DNA of 64,000 nucleotides from Candidatus Poribacteria bacterium (GTDB lineage: Bacteria > Poribacteria > WGA-4E > UBA9662): positions 77,546 through 141,545 of the forward strand of contig JAYGDX010000068.1 of the NCBI GenBank assembly GCA_046582655.1, in the 5' to 3' direction. Every line of letters starts with the position of its first letter. Position 1 is the first letter of the stretch. A program made the position numbers and the translations under genes. The notes below the pieces were generated by a model. That model was not told the origin of the DNA. It searched no databases and saw nothing but the letters and a program-made list of their open reading frames with translations. Below, in pieces: positions 27,443 to 36,686 of the stretch.

Positions 27443-28867
27443 ATGCGTAGATCCGATCCATTTAGAAAAAATCGGTTACGAATTAAAAAAGTCCGGTGCC
27501 GCACCTGTGGATCTGATAATGGCAAACGTACGTGTCCAGCATTAAGTAGTATTGTCATTTGTCCGCAATGTTGCCGTGCCAAGCGAGCCAAGATTCCTGG
27601 ATGTGATCAAAATTGTAGATATTACGCTTCCCTGCTTAATACGAGCCGAAACCTCCCGCCTCCTGAATATCCAGTCTATGAATGTTTCGTTAGCCGGTCG
27701 CAAGACACAGGCCTGGTACTGGCAGTGGTTGCTCGACAACGATCCGATGGTAATCTGCGTGCAATGATTACCCTGCTTGATTTCTGGAAGAAAGGGATTC
27801 GTGATTGCGTGGTCATCGCAAATGTAACAGAGAAAGCACTTCACCAACGAATCACACAGATTGCTAAATCCCACAATATCGGAGGGAAGCCAGCGAGAGA
27901 ATCTGATAGTCAGGAACAGACTGTTGGTATTGTGACCGATGATCTGGTGAGCCACTGGTCTTTTGATCTAGCCAGTGTTAGAGGCAAGACGCTTAAAGAC
28001 GTGTGGGGTGAAAATCATGGCAAAATCGAGGGTAGTCCGAAGATGGCTCAAGGAAAAGCACGTGGTGGATTAAGGTTCGGCGGCAGGGGAAAGGATCGGA
28101 TAATTGTGCCTCATCACGAAAGTCTGAACCTAGAGGGGCGCATGACATTGTGTGCTTGGATCTATTGGAATGGGCGTTCTGACATCATTGTTACCAAGCG
28201 AGAACCTCTTAATTATCAATTTTCTGCATTGGAAAATAAAACGATCCAATTATGTGTTGGAGGTAGTGGGAATGAACGTGGATATGCTTGTGTCTATTCA
28301 GATCGGGTCTTGATACCTAATAGATGGGTGCATATTGCTGTGGTCCGTGATAGCGAGACAGTATTTTTCTACAAGGATGGAGAACATGCTGGTACAGAAC
28401 AGGTTTCTAGCGCAAGCATGACGAATGACAAGGACCTGATTATTGGTTCCAGTCCTAGGGGATACTTTCGATATGGTGGTATTCTTGATGAGTTGAGCAT
28501 CTATAATAACGTGCTGAGTCAAAACGAAATTCGGCAAAATTTCTCTGCCAAAAAGGGACTTGAAATCTCCGAAGAATTCCAGTATCATTTCGAGTCTGTT
28601 GAATTCTCAGAATATCAGAGATTAATTCGTCACGGTTACGACATCGCTACGGAAGCGAAGACAGAAATTCCTTGGGAGTTTAATTACTGGCGCGATATTG
28701 TTGGTAATATGAATGAAATACCCGAAACCGAAGGGTCACTATATAAATGTCCGAAGTGTGCGGGGGAACTTCCACAAGTTGCCGTAGATCTCATCAAACA
28801 GCATGCTCAGTCCGATGACATGCAATTCTATATTGTTTGTCGTAAATGCAGTGGAGAGTTTGACTAA
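27443..28867 (+). CDS. Cys-rich Zn-finger protein with an inserted LamG-like domain and a C-terminal Zn ribbon
   Basis: N-terminal CRTC..CPAL..CPQCC..CDQNC; central VTDDLVSHWSFD...WVHIAVV...GILDELSIYN; C-terminal CPKC...CRKC. Confidence 0.75.
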   Translation: MRRSDPFRKNRLRIKKVRCRTCGSDNGKRTCPALSSIVICPQCCRAKRAKIPGCDQNCRYYASLLNTSRNLPPPEYPVYECFVSRSQDTGLVLAVVARQRSDGNLRAMITLLDFWKKGIRDCVVIANVTEKALHQRITQIAKSHNIGGKPARESDSQEQTVGIVTDDLVSHWSFDLASVRGKTLKDVWGENHGKIEGSPKMAQGKARGGLRFGGRGKDRIIVPHHESLNLEGRMTLCAWIYWNGRSDIIVTKREPLNYQFSALENKTIQLCVGGSGNERGYACVYSDRVLIPNRWVHIAVVRDSETVFFYKDGEHAGTEQVSSASMTNDKDLIIGSSPRGYFRYGGILDELSIYNNVLSQNEIRQNFSAKKGLEISEEFQYHFESVEFSEYQRLIRHGYDIATEAKTEIPWEFNYWRDIVGNMNEIPETEGSLYKCPKCAGELPQVAVDLIKQHAQSDDMQFYIVCRKCSGEFD

Positions 28868-28881
28868 GTATCAATAAATTG

Positions 28882-28911
28882 TTTACAAATAGATGGCCGA
28901 TAGTATATAAT
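28882..28911 (+). promoter_or_regulatory. sigma70-type promoter of the nuo operon
   Basis: TTTACA (28882-28887), 18 nt, TATAAT (28906-28911). Confidence 0.5.
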
Positions 28912-28946
28912 CAGGGCTGATATTTTTTGAAAAGGCTGTAGACTGA

Positions 28947-29351
28947 ATGCTATTTAACTTTGCAAATGTTCTCCTGTTCCTAATAGGAGGCTTTATATTT
29001 GTAGCTTTAAACCTAATCCTCTCCCGATTCCTTCAGACTAGGCTTCCCTCGACAGAAAAGGAAATCCCTTATGAATGCGGTGAAGATCCAATTGGCGATA
29101 CCCGAATTAAATTTAACACACGCTTTTACGTCATTGCATTGATCTTTTTAATCTTTGAAGTTGAGATTGTGTTTTTGTTCCCTTGGGGGGTTGTCTTTCG
29201 GAAATTAATTGAGGATGGAGCTGGTATCCTTGCCTTTGGTGAAATGTTCGTTTTCATTCTAATTCTTCTGGTAGGCCTTGCTTATGTTTGGGCAAAAGGT
29301 GATTTGGAGTGGATTCGTTCAATTCAATCTGTTCAGGAGGAGAATACATAA
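28947..29351 (+). CDS. nuoA: NADH-quinone oxidoreductase subunit A
   Basis: PYECGEDP, FYVIALIFLIFEVE, KGDLEW. Confidence 0.95.
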   Translation: MLFNFANVLLFLIGGFIFVALNLILSRFLQTRLPSTEKEIPYECGEDPIGDTRIKFNTRFYVIALIFLIFEVEIVFLFPWGVVFRKLIEDGAGILAFGEMFVFILILLVGLAYVWAKGDLEWIRSIQSVQEENT

Positions 29352-29354
29352 GTA

Positions 29355-29903
29355 ATGCAACAACAAAATCAACCTATCAATATTGTTAACGATGAGGATT
29401 TCGATAAAAACATCATCGTTACTTCAATTGATGCTGTTGCTAATTGGGCGAGGCTGTCCTCACTTTGGCCGATGACTTTTGGGCTTGCCTGCTGTGCAAT
29501 TGAATTTATGGCAACAGCTGCATCTAATTTTGATCTTGATCGTTTTGGAGCCGGTGTTCCACGAGCTTCACCGAGACAATCAGATTTAATCATTGTCTCT
29601 GGCACGGTCACATTGAAAATGGCAACTCGAATTGTTCGTCTTTACGAGCAGATGCCAGAACCTAAATACGTAATTTCAATGGGGAGTTGTGCGACAAGTG
29701 GTGGTCCATATTGGCAACATGGTTATCACGTTCTGAAAGGTGTCGATAGGATTATTCCGGTCGATGTCTATGTACCCGGTTGTCCCCCTCGTCCTGAGGC
29801 AGTGCTCGAAGGTCTGATGAAGTTACAGGAAAAAATTCGAGAACAAACTAAAAGTGGTCCTGCCACCGTACCTTTCCTACGAAAGCTTTTCAAAGCTCGC
29901 TAA
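29355..29903 (+). CDS. nuoB: NADH-quinone oxidoreductase subunit B
   Basis: [24 protein letters not shown]. Confidence 0.97.
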   Translation: MQQQNQPINIVNDEDFDKNIIVTSIDAVANWARLSSLWPMTFGLACCAIEFMATAASNFDLDRFGAGVPRASPRQSDLIIVSGTVTLKMATRIVRLYEQMPEPKYVISMGSCATSGGPYWQHGYHVLKGVDRIIPVDVYVPGCPPRPEAVLEGLMKLQEKIREQTKSGPATVPFLRKLFKAR

Positions 29904-29927
29904 CAAAATCGAGTCCAACTAAATAAG

Positions 29928-30413
29928 ATGATAATCGAAGAAATTCAAGGGTTGCTTTGTGAAAAATTCGGTGACAAGATATCGCCGATTGAAGAAGAAG
30001 CCGTCCATGATTCTTGTATCTTAGTGGATTCGGCCTTAGTTGACGAGATTTGCCGATATCTTTACGATGATAAACGTCTGGCTTTTGACATGCTGATGTG
30101 CCTCAGCGGTGTGGATCTCAGTCTTGAAGACGAAAATTTGTACGTTGTCTATCATCTCTTCTCAGATGTTCATCTACATAAAGTTGCAATCAAAGCTATT
30201 GTACCGAAGGAGAATCCACATCTACCAACGGTGGAAAACATTTGGAAAACCGCAAATTGGCATGAGCGCGAAGCCTATGATCTCTTTGGTATTGTTTTTG
30301 ATGGACACAGTGATCTTAGAAGGATTTTATTACCGGACGATTGGGAAGGCCACCCATTACGTAAGAATTATAAAGAACCTGATACATACCGAGGAATGAA
30401 AGTTCCATACTAG
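29928..30413 (+). CDS. nuoC: NADH-quinone oxidoreductase subunit C
   Basis: ANWHEREAYDLFGI, LRRILLP..WEGHPLRK. Confidence 0.95.
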   Translation: MIIEEIQGLLCEKFGDKISPIEEEAVHDSCILVDSALVDEICRYLYDDKRLAFDMLMCLSGVDLSLEDENLYVVYHLFSDVHLHKVAIKAIVPKENPHLPTVENIWKTANWHEREAYDLFGIVFDGHSDLRRILLPDDWEGHPLRKNYKEPDTYRGMKVPY

Positions 30414-30418
30414 ACTGG

Positions 30419-31597
30419 ATGACATCAGTGGCAACAGAAGAAAACAAGTTTATCGAAGTCCAACCATTCTCAGACGAGATGGTTGTCAGCATGGGGCCTC
30501 AGCACCCGAGTACCCATGGTGTTCTGAAGTTGGAATTAAAACTTGATGGTGAAATCGTCCGTGAGGCCATTCCACATATTGGCTATCTGCACCGTTGTTT
30601 TGAAAAACACGCCGAAAATTTATCCTATCCTCAGATTATCCCATTTACCGATCGGATGGATTATATCTCTGCCATGAATCAAAATTGGGGATTCTGTCTT
30701 GCTGTCGAGAAGATGATGGCAGCTGATGAAAAATTTCCTGAAATACCTGAAAGGGCAGAATATCTGCGTGTTCTCGTTGGAGAGCTAAACCGCATCGCTA
30801 GCCATTTACTCTCCTTTGGCACCTATGGCATGGATATTGGTGCTTTTACGCCATTCCTATATGCTTTTCGTGATCGGGAGAAGATTCTTTTGCTTTTTGA
30901 GGAGATTTGTGGTGCTCGGTTGACTTATAACTACATTCGGATTGGCGGAGTGTCAAGGGACATGCCACCGGATTGGTTGGATCACGTTAAAGATTTTATC
31001 GACTATTTTGAACCGAAGATTGATGAGTACAATTCGCTGTTAACAGAAAACAAAATTTTCGTCGAACGTACAGTCAGAATTGCCGTTCTGGATGAAGACA
31101 TGGCAATTAACTATGGTATAACAGGACCCAATTTGCGAGGTGCAGGTAAAAGGTGGGATTTGCGAAAGGATGAACCTTATTCGATCTATGATCGATTTGA
31201 CTTTGATATCCCTGTTGGTCATGATATTCCCAGGATTGGCGCTGTGCTTGGGGATTGTTGGAATCGGTATAAAGTCCGCATGGATGAAATGAAAGAGTCC
31301 GTTAGAATTATTCGACAGATTCTCAATCGGGAGATTCCTGATGGTCCGATCATGGCGCAATATAAAGCCGTTCGACCGCCAGCTGGTGAAATCTTTGATC
31401 GAAGCGAAGCCCCGCGGGGGGAACTTGGTTTCTATATTGTCAGTGACGGCAGCGTGAAACCGGTTCGGCTAAAAGCCAAATCGCCTTGTTTTACAGCATT
31501 AAGCGCATTACAAGAATTAAGTAAAGGACTGATGGTGGCTGACATCATCGCAATTATTGGCAGTATTGACATTGTTATGGGAGAAGTTGACAGATAA
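30419..31597 (+). CDS. nuoD: NADH-quinone oxidoreductase subunit D
   Basis: GPQHPSTHGVL, GYLHR, EAPRGELG, DIVMGEVDR. Confidence 0.97.
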   Translation: MTSVATEENKFIEVQPFSDEMVVSMGPQHPSTHGVLKLELKLDGEIVREAIPHIGYLHRCFEKHAENLSYPQIIPFTDRMDYISAMNQNWGFCLAVEKMMAADEKFPEIPERAEYLRVLVGELNRIASHLLSFGTYGMDIGAFTPFLYAFRDREKILLLFEEICGARLTYNYIRIGGVSRDMPPDWLDHVKDFIDYFEPKIDEYNSLLTENKIFVERTVRIAVLDEDMAINYGITGPNLRGAGKRWDLRKDEPYSIYDRFDFDIPVGHDIPRIGAVLGDCWNRYKVRMDEMKESVRIIRQILNREIPDGPIMAQYKAVRPPAGEIFDRSEAPRGELGFYIVSDGSVKPVRLKAKSPCFTALSALQELSKGLMVADIIAIIGSIDIVMGEVDR

Positions 31598-31683
31598 GCG
31601 TTCTTTCTCCTTAACTTCAGGGAATTGGTTCTTAGCTATTTAGTGAAAACGGAAATGCGACAGTTTTTAGTGTTTTTGATAAC

Positions 31684-32913
31684 TTGCCTACAGTAATGGT
31701 TGAATCAAGTAAACCATTGGCTAACTTGCTAGTGGAGATTCTTCCTCCTCTACCAGGATTTCTTAAAGGATACGAGCAACTAATTGCCATGATTACCTGT
31801 TGCGGGATCTTCGTGGCAATTTTTCCATTAATTCCCCTTGTGTTGGTTTTAGCTGAAAGAAAAGTTTCTGCTTTTATACAAGATCGAACAGGGCCGATGA
31901 GGGTTGGTCCTTGGGGGATCCTGCAAACCTTAGCAGACGGTGTAAAATTACTCTTCAAGGAAGATCTCATTCCTCCATACGGTGATAGAGTGCTATTCCG
32001 GCTTGCGCCCTATATCATCTTTTGTTTTTCTTTAGCCGTCTTTGTTGCCATACCATTTGGTGGAATAGATCTAGATGATGATCAGTATATTTTTATTGTC
32101 AGTAATCTCAACATCGGTATCTTCTACATCATGGCGGTGTCTTCTGTTGTAGTGATTGGTGTGATTATGGCTGGGTGGGCATCGAACAGCAAGTGGTCTC
32201 TTCTTGGTTCTCTGCGTTCAGCGGCTCAGATAGTTAGCTATGAAATCCCGGTTGGTTTGTCAATTCTGGTCGTAATTATGGTGGTACAGACGCTTAATAT
32301 GCAAGAAATTGTCGATCAGCAAAACAGTGGACTTCATAGTTGGTTGATTTTTCGGACACCGTTTAGTTTTATCGCTTTTTTCGTCTTCTTTATTTCTGCT
32401 ATTGCTGAAGTTAATCGAACCCCTTTCGATCTCCCTGAAGCGGAATCTGAACTGGTTGCCGGTTTTCATACTGAATACAGTGGTATGCGTTTTGCACTCT
32501 TCTTCATTGCTGAATATGCCAACATGTTCGCTGTCTGTGCCATTGCTGTCACGCTTTTCCTTGGAGGATGGCAAGGTGTTCTTCCAGGAATAGATATACT
32601 CGGCGGATTGCCAGGTTTTATTTTCAAAACTCTCTTTCTCGTTTTTGTCATGATGTGGATTCGTTGGACCTTGCCTCGGTTACGGGTAGATCAATTGATG
32701 AATTTGTGTTGGAAATACTTGATCCCTATTTCGTTCTTTAATATCCTTGGTATTGGAATATGGATGTTGGTTTTTGGTGCTGATACTATGAATATGAAAA
32801 GCTTAGGGGCTAGCTTAGTTATTATAGTTCTTGGGCTTTTTCTCCTCCTGGGACAAGTTTTCAAAGGTGTACCGAGTATCAAAAAGGAAACTATTCCAGC
32901 ATCATCGACTTAG
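31684..32913 (+). CDS. nuoH: NADH-quinone oxidoreductase subunit H
   Basis: ERKVSAFIQDRTGP, ADGVKLLFKE, NRTPFDLPEAESELVAG; start uncertain (ATG 31696 alternative). Confidence 0.95.
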   Translation: MPTVMVESSKPLANLLVEILPPLPGFLKGYEQLIAMITCCGIFVAIFPLIPLVLVLAERKVSAFIQDRTGPMRVGPWGILQTLADGVKLLFKEDLIPPYGDRVLFRLAPYIIFCFSLAVFVAIPFGGIDLDDDQYIFIVSNLNIGIFYIMAVSSVVVIGVIMAGWASNSKWSLLGSLRSAAQIVSYEIPVGLSILVVIMVVQTLNMQEIVDQQNSGLHSWLIFRTPFSFIAFFVFFISAIAEVNRTPFDLPEAESELVAGFHTEYSGMRFALFFIAEYANMFAVCAIAVTLFLGGWQGVLPGIDILGGLPGFIFKTLFLVFVMMWIRWTLPRLRVDQLMNLCWKYLIPISFFNILGIGIWMLVFGADTMNMKSLGASLVIIVLGLFLLLGQVFKGVPSIKKETIPASST

Positions 32914-32940
32914 ATAGTTGAAAAAAAGAGGTTGATTTTT

Positions 32941-33585
32941 ATGGTTGGATACATTTCAAATATATACGTTGGTATTTATACAGTTTTAGTTGGGATGGTG
33001 ATTACCTTTAGACAGATGCTAAGGCCGCGCGTAACGCACCAGTATCCGTATCAATACGAGTTCGAGAGGAAAGATAATTATCGTGAAATCCCAATTGGGT
33101 ACCGTGGTCAGTTACACAATCGTGTTGAGGATTGTATCGTTTGCAACAAGTGTGTGCTAATCTGTCCAGTTGATTGTATCTATATTGACTCGCGAAAGCC
33201 TTCAGGTGGGCGCGGCGCAAAATTATGGGAAAGCATGAACGTGGTCCATCTCAAGGATAGAAAACAGATTATCGGCATTGTTGAAGGGGGCACGAAGAAA
33301 ATCGAACCTGATACAGAGATCACGATTAGTCAGACAGTACCAGCTGGAAAAACCAGGACAGTTTCAAGTAATGATGTTGATCGGATCGTCGAACGTAAGA
33401 AAGTTACTTTCTATATGGATCGGTTTGATATTGATATGGCACTATGCATGTATTGCGGCCTATGTACTGAAGTTTGTCCTACTGAAAGTTTGACAATGGT
33501 CGACAGCTTGGAGGGCCTCGAATACTCTGAGTTTGACCGATCCCGCCTCAACTACAGTTTTGTAAAACCGGAATTGTATGAATAA
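32941..33585 (+). CDS. nuoI: NADH-quinone oxidoreductase subunit I, with an insertion
   Basis: Two CxxCxxCxxxCP motifs (CIVCNKCVLICP; CMYCGLCTEVCP); position between nuoH and nuoJ. Confidence 0.9.
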   Translation: MVGYISNIYVGIYTVLVGMVITFRQMLRPRVTHQYPYQYEFERKDNYREIPIGYRGQLHNRVEDCIVCNKCVLICPVDCIYIDSRKPSGGRGAKLWESMNVVHLKDRKQIIGIVEGGTKKIEPDTEITISQTVPAGKTRTVSSNDVDRIVERKKVTFYMDRFDIDMALCMYCGLCTEVCPTESLTMVDSLEGLEYSEFDRSRLNYSFVKPELYE

Positions 33586-33627
33586 TGGTTATGCAAGACA
33601 TGCTGGTGTCGTAAAGGAATGTGATTC

Positions 33628-34143
33628 ATGGAAGCTTCTGAACTTGTTTTTTACCTGTTTGCTTTACTGACTGTGGTGTCGGCAGCGGCTGTCGTGACCT
33701 TACCTAACGTTGTGCACGCAGCTTTTTCGTTGATGGTAACGCTTTTCTCTATCGCTGGCCTTTACGTTTTCTTGCAAGCCGACTTTTTAGCCGCAACACA
33801 GGTAATTGTTTACGTTGGTGGGATTTTAGTGCTTATTCTGTTCGGAGTATTGATGACGAGCAGCAAGCTTGTAATGAAGGTTAACATTGAAGTGAGTAAA
33901 TGGCAGATGTTTGGGGGAATTATAGTTTCTTCCGCTCTCTTTGCTGTGCTGTTGCTGCTCATTTTTGAAACACCGTGGAATATCTTATCGGAGGTTGTTG
34001 ATTCATCGGATAGTACTACTGAACAAATTGGAATAGCGATTTTGCAGAAGAAGTTCTTGCTCCCATTTGAAGTTACTTCAATTGTTCTTTTAATTGCTTT
34101 GATTGGCGCGGTATTTATTTCACGCACAGAGGTACAGGAATAG
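33628..34143 (+). CDS. nuoJ: NADH-quinone oxidoreductase subunit J
   Basis: QVIVYVGGILVLILF, LLPFEVTSIVLLIALIGA. Confidence 0.93.
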   Translation: MEASELVFYLFALLTVVSAAAVVTLPNVVHAAFSLMVTLFSIAGLYVFLQADFLAATQVIVYVGGILVLILFGVLMTSSKLVMKVNIEVSKWQMFGGIIVSSALFAVLLLLIFETPWNILSEVVDSSDSTTEQIGIAILQKKFLLPFEVTSIVLLIALIGAVFISRTEVQE

Positions 34144-34487
34144 TGACGAATATAACTCTTGAGCATTACTTGCTAATTAGCATTATTCTCTTTACACTCG
34201 GTGTTTTTGCAGTGTTAACGCGCCGGAATGCAATTACCATATTAATGGGTATCGAGTTAATCTTAAACTCATGCAACATTAATTTTATAGCTTTCTCTCG
34301 TTTCATTTCCTCTCCGACGACTGTGGCTGCTGGAGAGGTGAGTTTGGCCATAGAAGGGCAAATCATGGCTTTATTTGTGATTGTGCTGGCAGCGGCCGAA
34401 GCGGCAGTTTTCTTGGCAATAATCCTGTCGATCTATAGAGAATTTAGTTCAATTAGTCCAAGTGAGATCGATACTTTGAAGGGCTAG
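34143..34487 (+). CDS. nuoK: NADH-quinone oxidoreductase subunit K
   Basis: RRNAI..LMGIELILN, AAAEAAV. Confidence 0.93.
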   Translation: MTNITLEHYLLISIILFTLGVFAVLTRRNAITILMGIELILNSCNINFIAFSRFISSPTTVAAGEVSLAIEGQIMALFVIVLAAAEAAVFLAIILSIYREFSSISPSEIDTLKG

Positions 34488-34507
34488 GGTTCAGTTAGAG
34501 ATATAGC

Positions 34508-36664
34508 ATGATCGTAACGCTTATTTCCGTCATTTTGCTTTGCCCACTAGGGGCATTTGCGTTCTTTGCTATTTTGGCATTAACAGGGCGTAATTCAAAC
34601 CGTCAGGATTTGATCTCGACCTTTGCCATGATAATTGCGTTTTTGTGTGCGTTTCTGCTTTTTATGCAAGTTCTTGGCGATCCCGATAGCTACAAGCGTG
34701 CAGGTGGGGTATCGCCAGAGACACACACAATTGATTGGATACAAATTAATAATGTATCCTTATCGATGGGATTCCTTTTTGACAGTGTGACGTCAATTAT
34801 GTTGTTGGTGGTAACAATTGTTAGTGGTCTCGTTCATATCTTCTCAATCGGCTATATGCATGGGGATCCACGATATCCACGATTTTTCGCTTATCTTTCC
34901 TTGTTTTCCTTTTCAATGCTGTTCCTGGTTGTTGCTGATAATCTATTAGGCATTTACATCGGTTGGGAGCTTGTGGGACTCTGTTCCTACTTGCTGATTG
35001 GGTTCTGGTTCGAAAAAGATTCCGCTGCTAACGCCTGTAAGAAGGCCTTTCTGACGACCCGTGTTGGTGATGTCGGGATGTTCATAGGTATGATGATGCT
35101 CTTCACTAAATTCCACACGTTCGTTCTGTTTGGCGATAGCGGGATTTTCGAGGCGGTCAATAATTTAGGATCTAGCGATTTAACTTGGCTTTCAATTGCC
35201 GGAATACTAATTTTCTGTGGTGCTATCGGCAAATCTGCCCAATTCCCACTTCATACTTGGTTGCCAGATGCTATGGAAGGTCCAACTCCCGTTAGTGCGC
35301 TAATCCATGCGGCAACGATGGTTGCTGCCGGTGTATACCTTGCAGCTCGAATGTTTCCGATTTTAACCGGTGTATCCTCGTTATTCATCGCTTATGTTGG
35401 TGGTATCACCGCCATTTTCGCTGCTACCATTGCCATTGTCCAATGGGATATCAAGCGTGTTCTGGCTTATTCAACAGTCAGCCAGCTCGGTTATATGATG
35501 TTGGCCATAGGGGCGAGTAGTTATGTTGCTGGACTTTTTCACTTGACAACACATGCCTTTTTCAAAGCACTTCTTTTCCTCGGATCCGGCAGTGTCATTC
35601 ACGCATTGCATGTTCATCATCATGACGGTCACGATGATGAGCATAGTGATCATCCAGTTGAACGAGATGGAATTCCTTTAGAACAAGACATGCGAAATAT
35701 GGGTGGACTTCGTCATAAAATGCCGATTACTTTCTGGACAATGTTGATTGCTACCCTGTCAATTTCCGGTGTGCCATTTCTATTCTCGGGGTTTTGGAGT
35801 AAGGATGAAGTTCTTGGCGCGACGCTCGGCAGGGCAATGGAATCTGGTTCTACCCACTATTATATCCTGTTCTTCATGGCTTTGGTTGCGGCCGGAGCTA
35901 CAGCACTTTACATGTTTCGTTTGATTTTCTTGACTTTCATGGGACAGCCTCGGAATCAAGGGATGTACGAGCATGCCCATGAATCGCCTAGATCAATGAT
36001 TATCCCCCTGATAATATTAGCTGTCTTGTCTTTTCCAATAGTTAACAAGTGGTCTTTTAAAAAGTATGTTGAGCAACCTGAACAAACGCATAATCATTTA
36101 GCACATAAGCATGCCAATCAACCTGTTCTTTATGTTGCTGTTGGTGCTGCCGATCATCATGATTCGACAAGCCATGTTGAAACACATGGGGCACATAGTC
36201 CCGCTCATAGCCTTGCCATGGGATTATCGATTTTTGTGGTGGGACTGGGAATCCTGCTGTCAGCCCTATTTTATCATTGGAAGATATTCTCGGCTGAAAC
36301 TGTTGCCAACAAGTTTAGGGGTGTACATAGGATACTTTGGAACAAATACTTTATTGATGAATTCTATGATGGAATAATTGTGCGTGCAACTGTTATTGGC
36401 GCAAAAATTTTCGGTGGTATTGACAAGTATCTCGTGGATGGTTTAGTCAATCTTGTCTATATAATTGTGAACTACATTATCGCTTTTCTAGTTGGTCTTT
36501 TTGATGATAAAATCGTCGATTTTTCGGTCAATCTTGTGGCTAAGATAACATGGAAGTTTGGTGGTAGGGTTAGACGAATCCAAACGGGGGTAATTCAGAA
36601 TTACCTTTTTGTTGTCTTAGCTGGTGTCATATTATTAATCATCATTTTCAGGTTATTGGTTTGA
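34508..36664 (+). CDS. nuoL: NADH-quinone oxidoreductase subunit L
   Basis: GKSAQFPLHTWLPDAMEGPTPVSALIHAATMV, HAFFKALLFLGSGSVIH. Confidence 0.97.
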   Translation: MIVTLISVILLCPLGAFAFFAILALTGRNSNRQDLISTFAMIIAFLCAFLLFMQVLGDPDSYKRAGGVSPETHTIDWIQINNVSLSMGFLFDSVTSIMLLVVTIVSGLVHIFSIGYMHGDPRYPRFFAYLSLFSFSMLFLVVADNLLGIYIGWELVGLCSYLLIGFWFEKDSAANACKKAFLTTRVGDVGMFIGMMMLFTKFHTFVLFGDSGIFEAVNNLGSSDLTWLSIAGILIFCGAIGKSAQFPLHTWLPDAMEGPTPVSALIHAATMVAAGVYLAARMFPILTGVSSLFIAYVGGITAIFAATIAIVQWDIKRVLAYSTVSQLGYMMLAIGASSYVAGLFHLTTHAFFKALLFLGSGSVIHALHVHHHDGHDDEHSDHPVERDGIPLEQDMRNMGGLRHKMPITFWTMLIATLSISGVPFLFSGFWSKDEVLGATLGRAMESGSTHYYILFFMALVAAGATALYMFRLIFLTFMGQPRNQGMYEHAHESPRSMIIPLIILAVLSFPIVNKWSFKKYVEQPEQTHNHLAHKHANQPVLYVAVGAADHHDSTSHVETHGAHSPAHSLAMGLSIFVVGLGILLSALFYHWKIFSAETVANKFRGVHRILWNKYFIDEFYDGIIVRATVIGAKIFGGIDKYLVDGLVNLVYIIVNYIIAFLVGLFDDKIVDFSVNLVAKITWKFGGRVRRIQTGVIQNYLFVVLAGVILLIIIFRLLV

Positions 36665-36686
36665 GGTTTTAGGAGGAATTTGCTGG

